Positions 1 through 12,975 of a DNA stretch of 64,000 nucleotides are shown in pieces; position 1 is the first letter of the stretch, and each line of letters starts with the position of its first letter. Source of the stretch: Raja brachyura (lineage: Eukaryota). The DNA lies in contig OY740820.1 in assembly GCA_963514005.1 (NCBI GenBank), forward strand, positions 22,506,001 to 22,570,000, in the 5' to 3' direction. Both the position numbers and the translations under genes were made by a program. Under the pieces are notes generated by a model. It searched no databases. It was not told where the DNA came from and saw only the letters and a program-made list of their open reading frames with translations.

Positions 1-564
1 ATATGAGGTGCTGCTCCTCCTGGTTGGCCAGTGTGGGCAAGTTGGGCTGAAGGGCCTGTTTGTATCTAGATGCCTCTAGTCCCTGCACTTTGCTCTCTCT
101 GACTAGAACATCCAAATATAACAAATCTTCGCTTTTTGTTGTTTGCTGATTGTAAGAACACAAAACTCTTCGAACAGATGGGTTATTCAATGTAACACGC
201 GGGAGGAAAGCTGTCGCTATCTATTTATCTCTTTTGAAGAAAACAACAAACGTTATTTTTCAGGGAGCAATCAAAATATTGCGGCTTTTCCAACAAGATG
301 GCGTACAAACCATCCCAATGGGAAATGTCCACCTCTTCTGTGGGCCAGTGTAAGTCCTGTTCAACAATACGGAAACAGGCCCGTAGGCTCAACTTGCCCA
401 CTGCCACAAGGAGAACGTGCAAACTCCGTAAAGACAGCAGCCGCAGTCAGGATCGAACCCGGGTCTCTGGCGCTGTACGTCCGTGCCACCCCCCTTTGTA
501 TTTGAATCACTGGAGCAAAGTTTGAAACTAATGTTTCTGATCTGACGTAACCATCTCGCACATT

Positions 565-1115
565 GGGATGAGTGGGTTAGCATATGGTGAGCATTTGACA
601 GCACCAGGCCTCCACTCGCTCGAGTTTACAAGGTTGAGGGGGGACCTCATTGAAACTTACAGAATAATGAAAGGCATACTGTAGATAGAGTGGACGTGGA
701 GAGGATGTTCCCACTGGTGGGAGAGTCTGGGACCAGAGGGCGCAGCCTCAGAATTAAAGGGCGCTCTTTTAGAGAGGAGGTGAGGAGGAACTTATTTAGT
801 CAGAGGGAAGTTAATCTGTGGAACTCATTGCCACAGAGGGCTGTGGAGGCCAAGTCAGTGGATATTTTGAAGGCAGGGTTAGACAAATTCTTGCGTTACA
901 CAAAAAGCTGGAGAAACTCAGCGGGTGCAGCAGCATCTAAGGAGCGAAGGAGATAGGCGACGTTTCGGGTCGAGACCCTTCTTCAGACAAATTCTTGATG
1001 AGAACGGGTGTCGAGGGTTATGGGGAGAAGGCAGGAAAAAGAGATCAGCCATGATTGAATGGTGGAATGATGACTCGATGGGCCGAATGGCCTCATTCTA
1101 CTATAACTTGTGAAC
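565..1115 (+). mobile_element. CR1 LINE 3' fragment interrupted by a pLTR
   Basis: MFPLVGESGTRG..FSQREVNLWNSLP is the CR1 ORF2 C-terminus. Confidence 0.85.
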
Positions 1116-1636
1116 AAGATCGATAAGAAGTTTCAGTTCCAGTTTAGTTTATTGTCACATGTACCGAGGTACAGTGAAAAGCATTTGTTTTTAACAATAC
1201 AATTATAATGAGAGGTACACAGTCAGAATCTTTTCCCTGGGTGGAAAAATATCAGGCTTTAAGGTGAGAGGGGCAAAGTTTAAAGGAGATGTGCGGGGCA
1301 AGTGTTTTTTTTAACACAGAGGGTGGTGGGTGCCTGGATCGCGCTGCTGGAGTAACTTAGTGTCTCGGGCATGAATGGGGGCCTGATGGTCTGCTCAGAC
1401 ACGATGGGCTGAAGGGACTGCGTAGGAAGGAACTGCAGATGCTGGTCTAAACTGAAAAAAAGACTGAAAAAGCTGGAGTAACTCAGCGGGACGGACAGCA
1501 TCATTGGCGAAAAGGAATGGGTGACATTTCGGGTCGAGACCCTTCTTCAGACCTCAGACAGGGTCGACAGAAGGGTCTCGACCCTGAACGTTATCTATCC
1601 ACGTTCTCCAGAGATGCTGGCTGACCCGTTGAGTAA

Positions 1637-1838
1637 AGGGCCTGTCCCACTTGAACGTCATTTGTGCGTAATTTACGCTACATAATTTACGCGTCCCAAC
1701 GCACGACGCGCGCATGGTGCGTGGTGACATAGACAGTGACACGCGGCCACGTGCAGCGCCCCAGGGTTTTGGGATGTTCAAAATCTTTGCGCGCCATCTG
1801 CTTGATGCACAAATGACTCCCAAGTGGGACAGGCCCGT
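1637..1838. mobile_element. PIF/Harbinger-type MITE (family A, internally deleted)
   Basis: TIR gggcctgtcccactt/aagtgggacaggccc, TAA TSD, inserted in a pLTR repeat. Confidence 0.75.
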
Positions 1839-2827
1839 TAATCCAGCACTTTGTGTCTTTGTTTGTGAGGGGGGTGATTGTCCGGTGGGTGGAGCAAGTG
1901 ACAAAGGGGACAAAAGGCTGTCAGATTAGAGAAAATGAGGAGTGAAATGCCAGGCCGGAGAGGGAGGGATGTGGGCGGAAGGGATCTCTCTGTTCCTCCT
2001 CCTGAACATTCACACAAAGATTATATCAACATGCCACCGATCCTGGCAGCTTCCTGTCAGGAATCCGTTGCGATGTTTCCTACATTTGTACTTCAAAGCT
2101 CAGTTGTGAAACACATTGGAATAGTTGAAGCCATAAAGGATGCTACTTGGTTCGGTTTAGTTTAGAGATCCAGCTCTAAACAGGCCCTTCGGCCCACTGA
2201 GTCCGTGCCGACCAGCGATCACCCCGTGCATTAGCACCATCCTACACACACTAGGGACAATTTCTACATTTACACCAAGCCAATTAACCTACATACCTGT
2301 ACGTCTTTGGAGTGTGGGAGGAAACCGAAGATCTCGGAGAAAACCCACGCAGTTAATGGGGAGAACGTGCAAACTCCGTACAGACAGCACCCATAGTCGG
2401 GATCGAACCTGGGTCTCTGGCGCTGTGAGGCAACAGGTCTACCGCTGCGACACCGTCTCGCCCCAATTTTTATACATTTATATTTCATTCCCTCTCTCTC
2501 TCTCCGTCCCTCCCCCACCGTAGACATCCTGCTAGTTCCACCCTTCATTATCACCCACAGCCAACAATGGACCATTGTGGGCTCCACCCTTCCTGACGCA
2601 TCGGTGCCTGCTTCGATTTATGCTGAATATTTTCATAAAAAGTTCATAAGGTCAGAGGTTATAGGTGCACAATTAGACCATTCGGCCCATCAAGTCTACT
2701 CCGCCATTCGATCATGGCTGATCTATCTCTACCCCCTAACCCCATTCTCTGCAGTTCCTTCCTGCACGAGTTATATACAAGTCTTTCTGTTTCCGCCTTC
2801 AATGCAAATCACTGCATTATTGCGTGA

Positions 2828-3145
2828 CACGGTGGCGCAGCGGTAGAGTTGCTGCCTCACAGCGCCAGAGACCCGGGTTCGATCCCAACTATGGGTGCTG
2901 TCTGTACGGAGTTTGCACGTTCTCCCCGTGACCTGCGTGGGTTTTCGCCGGGTGCTCCAGTTTCCTCCCACACTCCAAAGACGTACAGGCTTGTAGGTTA
3001 ATCGGCTTGGTAAAAATTGTACAAGTGTAAAAATTGTCCCTAGAGTGTGCAGGGTAGTGTGTTAGTGTGCGGGGGGTCGCTGGTCGGCGCGGACTCGGTG
3101 GGCCGAAGGGACTGTTTCCGTGCTGTATCCCTGAAACTAAAAACT
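2828..3145 (+). mobile_element. tRNA-derived V-SINE (HE1-like), representative full copy; roughly 25-30 copies or fragments in the window (e.g. 2185, 3606, 5440, 6686, 9103, 13438, 20275, 26285, 34986, 36680, 37460, 45655, 46815, 58322, 62700, 63730)
   Basis: A box tggcgcagcgg, B box ggttcgatcc, central V-domain gagtttgcacgttctccccgtg..., CR1-like tail gggccgaagggcctgtttcc...(taaac)n. Confidence 0.85.
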
Positions 3146-4922
3146 ATTGCGAGTACTTCAATGTTTGCAAATTTATTCTGTAGATTCATGGAGCACGTCA
3201 ACTTCACATCCACCTCTAATAGGCAAGTGCTTTGATGTGAGCTCTCTGATAATTAATAATTTGTTAATTCGGGAGAAGCTCCAGTTCCTGAGCAGTCAGG
3301 CCTGTGGGATTTTCATCAAAGGACTCTTTGCTTTCTAAGTGTGTACAAGATATGTACATATATAAGCATTATGCATGCATGGAGGGCATACACATATTTA
3401 CACCATCAACCCAATTTTTGAAGTAAAATAATTTTAAAACATTAAATGAAATAATGCAAATTAATATGTCAGACGTTTTCTTGTGAAGATTTGCATCTTT
3501 AAAATGATTTAAAAATAGAATGTGTCTGTACACATGCGAATGCCAGTTCCAAGTCTTTCTCTTTCTGTCTGTAATAATATTCAATGCAAATCACGCCATT
3601 ATTGGGCGGCACGGTGGCGCAGCGGTAGAGTTGCTGCCTCACAGCGCCAGAGACCCGGGTTCGATCCTGGCCACGGGTGCTGTCTGTACCGAGTTTGCAC
3701 GTTCTCCCCGTGACTGCGTGGGTTTTCTCCGGATGCTCCGGTTTCCTCCCATACTCCGCACAGACGTACAGGTTTGAGGAAGGGTCTTTACCCGGAACGG
3801 CACCCGTACATTCTCTCCAGAGATGCTGCCTGTCCCGCTGAGTTACTGCAGATTCTTGTGTCTATTTCAGTTTAAAGTGCTTGCAGGAGGAACTTGTTCA
3901 TTCTAAACTTCATTACCACTGGGTAATAAATCGCAGCTGATGAGTTCTGCGATCCATGCCATGCGATGTCAATCTGATATGTAGTTTAGAGACACAGCAC
4001 GGAAACAGGCCCTTCTGCCCACCGAGCCCGCGCCAATCAGTGATCCCCCCCGTACACGAGCATTATTCTACACGCGAGGGACAATTTACAATTGTTACTG
4101 AATTAACCTACAAACCTGCACGTCTTTGGAGTGTGGGAGGAAACTGGAGAAAACCCACGCAGGTTGCAGTGAGAACGTGCAAACTCCGTACAGACAGTAG
4201 CCGGCTCAAACCCGGGTCTCTGGCGCTGTGAGGCAGCAACTCTACCGCTGCACCACCCAGCCACCAATTTACTGATAACTAATAAGCCAATACTATTGCT
4301 TAAGGTGAGCTTCAAACATGGTGTCACTCTATGGTGTGTTTATTAATCGGCGTCAATTTTTGTTGATTAATTTTGTGAAGTAATTTTATAAAAGCATTCG
4401 GTTGCTACCGTGTGATTGATTAGCGCTACATCTATAAGCAATCACGTTTACTGGTGGCCCGAAGTTAGATTCATGAACTGCATCACTTTCCGCCACTATT
4501 AAAACTATTAGTTTTAAAAACAACCATATTGATCAAACTAAGGAAGCTGAAGAATGGCTTAATCTAGTTATTTATTGATATTCCAATATCTCGAGGGGGG
4601 GGGGGGGTGAACAAAGGGGGAGCTGGTGTGGATAATGTACACTTTGTGACTTTGTCCTTTATGTGGCGACTATTCGCATACCTTGGGTAGGCAAGCAAAG
4701 AATTTCATTGTGAATTGTCATCAGTTCATTCATTCTGGAGGAGGAAACGTTAGTCTCAGAGCTGGGGACTTTCATCAGACTTACCTGCCAGAGGTAACGG
4801 AGAGAAGGCAGGAGAATGGGGTTGAGAGTTTGAGAGTAGATCAGCCATGATTGAATGGCGGAGTAGACTTGGTGGACCGAAGGGCCCAATTGCGCTCACG
4901 TCACCTACAAACGTGGACTCAC

Positions 4923-5054
4923 CTCCCTCGTCCTTGCAGCTCTGCTGAATCTTCCTCCTGCACACGTAGCCCAGGGCAGCCAGCAACGCCAGCAGGCAGA
5001 TGGACAGGCCGACTGTCAGCCACAACGCCACGGCTGGGAACCGCAGGTGCTGAC
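4923..5054 (-). CDS. CD276: CD276/B7-H3 transmembrane exon (132 bp)
   Basis: GQHLRFPAVALWLTVGLSICLLALLAALGYVCRRKIQQSCKDEG matches the B7-H3 TM/juxtamembrane region (human GQPMTFPPEALWVTVGLSVCL...CWRKIKQSCEEE). Acceptor ctttccaccacag|GT, donor GGAG|GTGAGT. Confidence 0.95.
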
Positions 5055-5979
5055 CTGTGGTGGAAAGAGACAGAGAACAGGTGGGTCAAACCGCTGGGAA
5101 GATTCACAGGAGCACATCAGATCATGGAAGAGTTCAGTCTGAAGAAGGGTCTCGACCCGGAAATGTCGCCCCATTCCTTCTCGCCAGAGACGCTGCCTGT
5201 CCCACTGAGTTACTCCAGCGTTCTGTGTCTATCTTCAGTGTAAACCAGCATCTGCAGTTCCTTATGTTTAAGAAAGAAGTGCAGATGCTGGTAAAATCGA
5301 AGGTAGACACAAAATGCTGGAGAAATGCAGCGGGTGAGGCAACATCTATGCGAAGTTTCTCACCCGCTGGGTTTTTCCAGCATTTTGTGTCTACCATCTG
5401 CAGTATCTGCCCACACACTTTGTGAATTTAGTTTTGTTTACAGATAAAGCGTGGCTGCAGAACCCTTGGCCCACAGTGCCCGCGCCGCCCAGCGATCACC
5501 CATACACTCGATCTATCCTACACACACTTGTGGCGATCTACGGAAGATAATCAACCTGCAAACCTGCGCAACTTTGGAGTGTGGGAGGAAACCGGAGCAC
5601 CCGGAGAAATCCCCACACAGGTCACGGGGAGAACGTACAAACTCCGTACAGACAGCACCCGTGGGCGGGATCGAACCGGGGTCTCTGGCACTATGAGGCA
5701 GCGACTCTACCGCTGTGCCACTGTGCCGCACTATAGGTTAGCCCGAGCTGACAGACTTCTGGACATCCTTGTCTGTGAGTCGGCAGGGTCTGAGTACATG
5801 AGCCAGTCCAGGGATGGGGGAGGGGGGGGGACCGTGTTCCCCATGGAGTTCCTGGTCGGATCGGAGCACCGTGTGAACGCAGGCATTTCACTGAGCTCAC
5901 TCACAGCCGCTCCCTAAGGTGGGGTCCTTCGTGAAGACAGGCTTGGTAGTCCTGCACAACACACACTTCCCTCAACCAA

Positions 5980-6191
5980 TGTGCAGCGATCGCTGGTCGG
6001 CACGGGCTCGGTGGGCCGAAGGGCCTGTTTCCGCACTGTAGCTCGAAACTAAACTAATTAAAGCAGCATCTGCGGTGTGCAGCGATCGCTGGTCGGCACG
6101 GGCTCGATGGGCCGAAGGGCCTGTTTCCGCACTGTAGCTCAAAACTAAACTAATTAAAGCAGCATCTGCGGTGTGCAACGGTCGCTGGTCG
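5980..6191 (+). repeat. 96-bp tandem repeat (2.2 copies) of a SINE 3' tail
   Basis: Unit restarts at 5980, 6076 and 6172. Confidence 0.85.
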
Positions 6192-6910
6192 AGAGGAATG
6201 TGAAAACAACAGACTCCAATAGCAATGAAGGACAGTCTATATTTCAACAGATCCATCTGGTTACAATCAGAAATTGACAATAAATACATTTATTATTGAT
6301 TATTTAACTAGGTCCCTGAATGATTTTGTTGCACTAAGAAACCGCTTTATTTTACACATCAGGATTGATGTGGTCGGGCTACTAATCTATTCCCGGGACA
6401 CTCGAGCCACATTGGTCCTCGGAGCACGATTATCCGATTAAAGGCAATTTGGAGCCAGTGTTTACTGCACCACAGGCTCTCATCTGGTAGGAATTGGACA
6501 GGAATTTATTGCAACAGAACGTCAGAAGGAAGAGAACCAAGACAGGCGCAAAGAGACGGAGTAACTCAGCGGGACAGGCAGCATCTCTGGAGAGAAGGAA
6601 TGGGTGACGTTTCGGGTCGAGACCCTTCTTCAGAAGAGGTGTGTTGATAGTTGATAGTTGAAGGTTCAATGATAGAAACGATAGGCACGGTGGCGCAGCG
6701 GTAGACTTGCTGCCTCACAGCACCAGAGGCCCGAGTTCGACCCTGACTGCGGGTGCTGTCTGTACAGAGTTTCTACGCTCTCTCTCTGTGACCGAGCGAG
6801 TTTTCTCCGGGTGCTCCGGCTTCCTCCCACACTCCAAAGACGGGTGGGTTTGTAGGTTAATTGGCTTCTGTACACTGTCCCAAGTGTGTGTGGGACACAG
6901 ACCCAGTGTA

Positions 6911-7049
6911 GGGGGTGGGAGATTGCAACCTTCACGTGGTCCGCCCCGTTTCGACTAATGCAATCAACTCGACGTGCACAAACGGAAGATCAAATGGAAC
7001 AAGTTGTCCAACAACTTTAGGCCATGCACGCCACACGAAAGACGAAGAA
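6911..7049 (+). mobile_element. HDV-ribozyme-capped short retroelement, copy 1, nested in a V-SINE
   Basis: TSD ccagtgta at 6903-6910 and 7050-7057, GAA-rich tail, homologous to three other copies. Confidence 0.85.
6912..6965 (+). ncRNA. Minimal HDV-like (CPEB3-type) self-cleaving ribozyme, copy 1
   Basis: P1 GGGGTGG/CCGCCCC, J1/2 GA, P2 GATTGCA/TGCAATC, P3 ACC/GGT, L3 TTCACGT, GT, tiny P4 (TTCGA), J4/2 CTAA containing the catalytic-position C. Confidence 0.85.
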
Positions 7050-7564
7050 CCAGTGTACGGGGTGATCGATGGTCGGCGCGATCTTGTTAGGCCCGTTTCC
7101 ACCCTATAACACGAAACTAAACTGAACAAAACTACTTGAAAATGGCTGAAATGACTAAAGAAAACTCAATCGGTGAATCAGTCAGACATCTTTATCGGGA
7201 AACCTTGCAGCAAATCACCACGGCAACAGAATACGGAATAAAAGCATTCAGAAACAAATGGAGGTTTTTCTTATAAAACTATGCAAGGCTCAGTCATTGC
7301 CCCTCAATTGGAAAAGATAAACAATCAGTAGAAGGCCACAGATGGAGGCCGATTGTACGGAGAATCTTCCCCTGCAGCCACTGGAGATGCAACACCTGTC
7401 CTCACACCTCCTCTTCTACTCCTTCCACAGCTATCAGTTATGACTTTATGAATTCTGTGCAGACAGCACCTGCAGTCAGGATCAACCCAGGTCTGTGGCG
7501 CTGTGAGGCAGCAACTCTACCGCTGCACCACCCATGTGTTGTTTTACACACCATGTGTGGTCAC

Positions 7565-8540
7565 GTCGAGTCACTTTTATTTCTATAGCACATTTAAAAA
7601 ACAACTCTCCTTGGCCAAAGTGCTTTACATTGGTGGAGGTACTAACGTTATACAACAGTGGTTCATAGATTAAATACAAACATCACTACATACATGTAGC
7701 CCTCGCTCAGAGGATGCCAAGAAAAGCTTAGAAACATAGAAATTAGGTGCAGGAGTAGGCCATTCGGCCCTTCGAGCCTGCACCGCCATTCAATATGATC
7801 ATGGCTGATCATCCAACTCAGTATCCTGTACCTGCCTTCTCTCCATACCCCCTGATCCCTTTAGCCACAAGGGCCACATCTAACTCTCTCTTAAATATAG
7901 CCAATGAACTGGCCTCAACTACCTTCTGTGGCAGAGAATTCCACAGATTCACCACACTCTATGTGAAAAATGTTTTCCTCATCTCGGTCCTAAAGACTTC
8001 CCCCTTATCCTTAAACTGTGACCCCTTGTTCTGGACTTCCCCAACATCAGGAACAATCTTCCTGCATCTAGCCTGTCCAACCCCTTAAGAATTTTGTGAA
8101 TCTCTATAAGATCCCCCCTCAATCTTCTAAATTCCAGCGAGTACAAGCCGAGTCTATCCAGTCTTTCCTCATATGAAAGTCCTGACATCCCTGGAATCAG
8201 TCTGGTGAATCTTCTCTGTACCCCCTCTATGGCAAGAATGTCTTTCCTCAGATTAGGAGACCAGAACTGTACGCAATACTCCAGGTGTAGCCTCACCAAG
8301 ACCCTGCACAACTGCAGTAGAACCTCCCTGCTCATGTACTGAAATCCTTTTTCAATGAATGCCAACACACCTTGGGAGTAGAGATGAGTTTTAAGTCTCA
8401 ACTTAAAGGAGTCGATGGAGGGGGCAGTTCTGATGGGAAGAGGGACGCTGTTCCACAGTCTAGGAGCTGCAACCGCAAAGGCGCGGTCGGTCGCCCCTGA
8501 GCGTACGCCTAGACCGCGGGATGGTCAGTAACCCTGTCGG
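7565..8540 (-). mobile_element. L2-like LINE 3' end (7565-7728 plus 8371-8540), split by CR1
   Basis: Typical L2 3' end tttatttctatagcac...aaagtgctttaca and ORF-end motif gttccacagtctaggagctgc (minus strand AFAVAAPRLWNSVP). Confidence 0.6.
7729..8370 (-). mobile_element. CR1 LINE 3' fragment inserted within an L2 fragment
   Basis: HLEYCVQFWSP...LGLYSLEFRRLRGDLIE; (ctatgttt) tail. Confidence 0.9.
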
Positions 8541-10534
8541 CCATGTTGGAGTAAGCTTCTGCACCGATCCCAGCGTGGAATTACCAGCCGTGACTTTAGA
8601 TGGGTCAATGCCCCTTTAAGACCAAGTCAATGTGTGAACAAGCTAATTAAATGAAATAAAAGACAAGGAATGATTCAATCGCTCAAAGAACGGAAAATAA
8701 ATTAATTTCAACGGCTGGTAATCAAAATTATTCATATCTGAAATCCCAGATAAAACATTTATTAACACTGCAGATATTGAACCTGTAAATGTCTGGAATG
8801 AACAGAAACCTTCCCTGCTTTGTGACTCCAATAATTAACTTGTTACCATGGTTACGGCAAAATTTGAAGGCTTGTAAATCAACGTTTAACGGCACGGTCA
8901 TGCCGTCAATAACTCTCCTCCACAGAAGCAGCGACTTATAATCTGCCATTCCCGTTATTTTGAGAAATAGGTTGCACTGTTAAGGCCGCATTCTACGATG
9001 ACCTTGTGGAGGTGAGGCGGTCTCATGTGTAAACTCTGCTATTATCAAATCGCTGATCTACTCTTTCACCGATTTCTGGAGTTTACAGATACCTTTTGGT
9101 TGGCACGTGGCGCAGCGGTAGAGTTGCTGCCTCACGGCGCCAGAGACCCGGGTTCGATCCTGACCGCGGGTGCTGTCTGTACGGAGTTTGCACGTTCTCC
9201 CAGTGACAGCGTGGGTTTTCTCCGGGTGCTCCGGTTTCCCCCCCACACTCCAATGACGTGCAGGTCTGTTGGTTAATCGGCTCATGTAAAGTTGTAAATA
9301 GTCCCTAGTGTGTAGCATGGTGCTGGCGTACAGGTAGATCAGTGGTCAGTGCGGACTCAGTGGGCCGAAGGGCCTGTTACCATGCTGTATGTCCACAGAC
9401 TCAAGTCTAGAAACAAGTCCACTCTTCCATTCAGTCATGGCTCATCTATCTCTCCCTCTCAACCCCATTCTCCTGCCTTCTCCCCATAACCCCTGACACC
9501 CGTACTAATAAAATATCATTCAATCTCCACCTTAATAATACCCAATGACTTGGCCTCCACAGCTGTCTGTGGAAATGAAACCCACAGATTCACCACCCAC
9601 TGGCTGAAGAAATTCCTCCTCATCTCCAGGTATGTCCTTGAAAATACCCATTGACTTGGCCTCTACTGTAATGAGAGTCTTGAACGGACCAGAGATGCAT
9701 CTCAGTTTGTTTGTATCAGAGATCTGCTGTAATTAGTTCAAGCATTCTGATCATGCAGAATCTTTCCACTGGAGAACATACACAAGTAATTAAAAATGTT
9801 AAGATTGAGTAAGAATTTATTCATACGAAATGCAAGGAGTCTAAGTGGCTTGAGTTATATTTTTATGCCATTTTTGGGAAGCATTAATGTTTTACCTATT
9901 TTCTTGTTTATTAAAATGTTTTATAATGCTCTGGTGAGTTTTTTGGGAATTTTTCAGCTGCTGTCATATAGTTGTTAATGTTTTACAACCCATTGACAAA
10001 CTATAAGAGTATGAATAAATCATTCATAACCCAATATTACGGGCAATCACAGAATATTAGTTTCAGCATTAGTTCAGGTCATTAACATTATAAGGATTGG
10101 ATATTGTGACCAAAATTGGATTGATATTCTAGGAGCGAATTCTGGCAATTTTACCAATAATCTCCCATCCAAGCAGACATGCAAACAATGTTTTAAACTA
10201 CACTGAATGGTCTAACTCGTGAAAGAAACTGCGTTATATTCAAAACTAAATTTAGTTTAGTTTAGAGCTACACCATAGAAACAGGCTCTTTGGTCCACCA
10301 GGCCCATCGATCACCCATTCACATTAGTTCTATGTTATCCCAATTTCTTATCCACTCCCTGCACACGAGAGGCAATTTAGAGAGGTCATTGAACTTACGT
10401 CTTTGAGGATTTGTAAGGAAACCGGAATACCCAGAGGAAACCCACACAGTCACAGGGAGAACGTGCAAACTCCACTCAGCCAGCACCTGTTTGACAAAAA
10501 ATGTCCCCTAGTGCGTGTAGGGTAGTGTTGATGT

Positions 10535-10826
10535 AAGTAAGTAAGTTTATTGGCCAAGTATTCACATACAAGGAATTTGCCTTGGTGCTCCGCCCACAAG
10601 TAACAACGTGACGTACAGTGACAGTTACGAATGACTCAGAAAACATTAAAAATAATAAGACATTAATGATAAAACACCATTGATCAAGGATGTGGACCAA
10701 CAAAATACCAGATCAAAGGGAGGTTACAGATTTTTGGCTGTTGAGTAGAGCAACTACTCGTGGATAAAAACTGTTTTTATGTCTGGCTGTGGCGGCTTTG
10801 ACAGTCCCGAGTCGCCTTCCAGAGGG
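10535..10826 (-). mobile_element. Rex1/Babar-like LINE 3' fragment
   Basis: Near-identical to 22326-22620; minus strand encodes PSGRRLGTVKAATARHKNSFYP, followed by 3'UTR and (ctta)n tail. Confidence 0.65.
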
Positions 10827-11839
10827 TCAGTTAACTGTGCAGGGATCGCTGGTTGACGTGGACACAGTGGGCAGAAGGGCCTGTTTCCCCGCTGTATATC
10901 TAGAATAAACAAGATCCTTCCCTTCATAAACTATTCCCTTCATACACACTGCGCATTGTACAAGAAGAAGAACAAAGTCCCCTTAGTTTTGCAGTATTGA
11001 TTAAGGCCAACCAACTGGAACGTGAAGATAGCAGCAACATACGCCGTCCCCATGTTTCCAGTGAGTGGGGACCTTAAGCATACGAATCAGTGTCATCCAG
11101 AAATGGGAATTATTCCAATGAGCTGTAGTGCGGGAGCAGAGAGAATTAACGGATGATATGCAGCAGAACCAACACTGTCAGCTGTAGTAATGACTTCCAT
11201 TAAACTGCCGTGTGAAGCTCATCGCAAACAAAACAATTGGCATGTTTCTTAAACCCTTCATACTTTACTCTTCTTCATCGATGAAATGTGGGAGTTTCTG
11301 GCACCAATTGGTGTCATTACTAGAACCCATCAAAATGGAGATAATTGGGCAAATTCCCCCTTCAATCCAGCTGCAAATAAATAATGACCTTGGCCTCATG
11401 CAAACATCCTCTATTCTCTACATTTTTATGAAGATATTATTTTTGCTCCTCCTATGAAATGTTGCTCCACTCCTGTATCATCTGCTCATTTAGTTTAGTG
11501 AATCGTAGAGTAATTGGACTCTGCCGCGATTTAAAATATTTCATTTACTTTAGAGGCATACAACATGGAAACAGGCCCTTCGGCCCAACTTGCCAGTGCC
11601 GACCAAGATGCCCCATCTATACTAGTCCCACTTGCCTGCATTTGGCCCATATCCCACTAAACCGTACCGAAGGGAGACAGGGGTTACAGGGAGAAGACTT
11701 GATGGGCCGAATGGCCTAATTCTGCTCCTTTCACTTATGACCTTGTGAACTTCTGAAGTGTCAAAGTATCACAGTTCAAAGTGGTGCATCGCATAGCCTA
11801 GACAAAACAAAGGACATCCCCTCAATCTAATGAAGATAG

Positions 11840-12395
11840 ACCTTGGTCAGACGCCATTTAGAGTATTGGGTTCAGTTCTGGGCACCGTGTTATAGGAAAG
11901 ATATTGAAAAGCTTGAAAGGGTTCAGAGAAGATTTACGAGGATATTGCCAAGACTAGAGGGCGTGAGCTATAGGGTCAGGTTGAGTAGGCTGGGTCTCTA
12001 TTCCATGGAGCGCAGGAGGATGAGGGGTGATCTTGTAGAGGTGTACAAAATCTTGACAGGAATAGATTGGGTAGATGCACAGAGTCTCTTGCCCAGAGCA
12101 GGGGAATCGAGGACCTGAAGTTCAAGGTGAAGGGGAAAAGATTTAATAGGAATCTGAGGGGTAACGTTTTCACACAAAGGGCGGTGGTGGTGGGTGTATG
12201 GAACGAGCTGCCAGAGGAGGTAGTTGAGGCTGGGACTATCCCAACGTTTAAGAAACAGTTAGATGGGTACATGGATAGGATAAGTTTGGATGGGATATGG
12301 ACCAAACGTAGGCAGGTGAGACTAGCGTAGTGGGGGATGTTGGCTAGTGTGGGTAAGTTGGGCCGAAGGGCCTGTTGCCATGCTGTATCACTATA
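11840..12395 (+). mobile_element. CR1 LINE 3' fragment
   Basis: HLEYWVQFWAP...RRRMRGDL...VWNELP. Confidence 0.9.
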
Positions 12396-12534
12396 TGACT
12401 ATAAAGGCAAAATGCTGGAGTAACTCAACGGGACAGGCAGCATCTCCAGCGAGATGGAATGGCAGACGTTTCGGGTCAAGACCCTTCTTCAGACCCCTCA
12501 ATCTATCCAGCTGACAATGGTTCCTTTGATGATC

Positions 12535-12975
12535 ACAATAGACAATAGACAATAGGTGGAGGAGTAGGCCATTCGGCCCTTCGAGCCACCACCACCATTC
12601 AATGTGATCATGGCTGATTATCCCCAATCAGTACCTTCCTTGTTCCTGCCTTCTCCCCATATCCCCTGACTCCGCTATCTTTAAGAGCCCTATCTACCTC
12701 TCTCTTTAAAGCATCCAGAGAACCTGCCTCCACCGCCCTCTGAGGCAGAGAATTCCACAGACTCACAACTCTCTGTGAGAAAAAGTGTTTCATCGTCTCC
12801 GTTCTAAATGGCTCACCCCTTATTCTTAAACTGTGTGTGTGGCCCCTGGTTCTGGACTCCCCAACATGTTTCCTGTCTCTAGCGTGTCCAAACCCTTGAC
12901 AATCTTTCATTAAGATCCCCTCTCATCCTTCTAATCTCCAGAGTGTACAAGCCCAGCCGCTCCATTCTCTCAGCA
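12535..12975 (-). mobile_element. CR1 LINE 3' fragment
   Basis: HFFSQRVVSLWNSLPQ plus tail. Confidence 0.85.

Noticed and set aside
2828-2900. tRNA genes
   Set aside because: The tRNA-like heads continue into the V-SINE body and CR1-like tail; they are SINEs.
4735-4800. CD276 cytoplasmic exon at the GTAAG donor near 4785
   Set aside because: The upstream sequence is a CR1 tail, with no convincing acceptor or B7-H3-like peptide. Tail exons were not identified and may lie beyond the window start.
6915-7109. Conserved peptide DCNLHVVRPVSTNAINSTCTNG in several ORFs
   Set aside because: Chance translation of the ribozyme element; conservation is explained by RNA structure and repeat copy.
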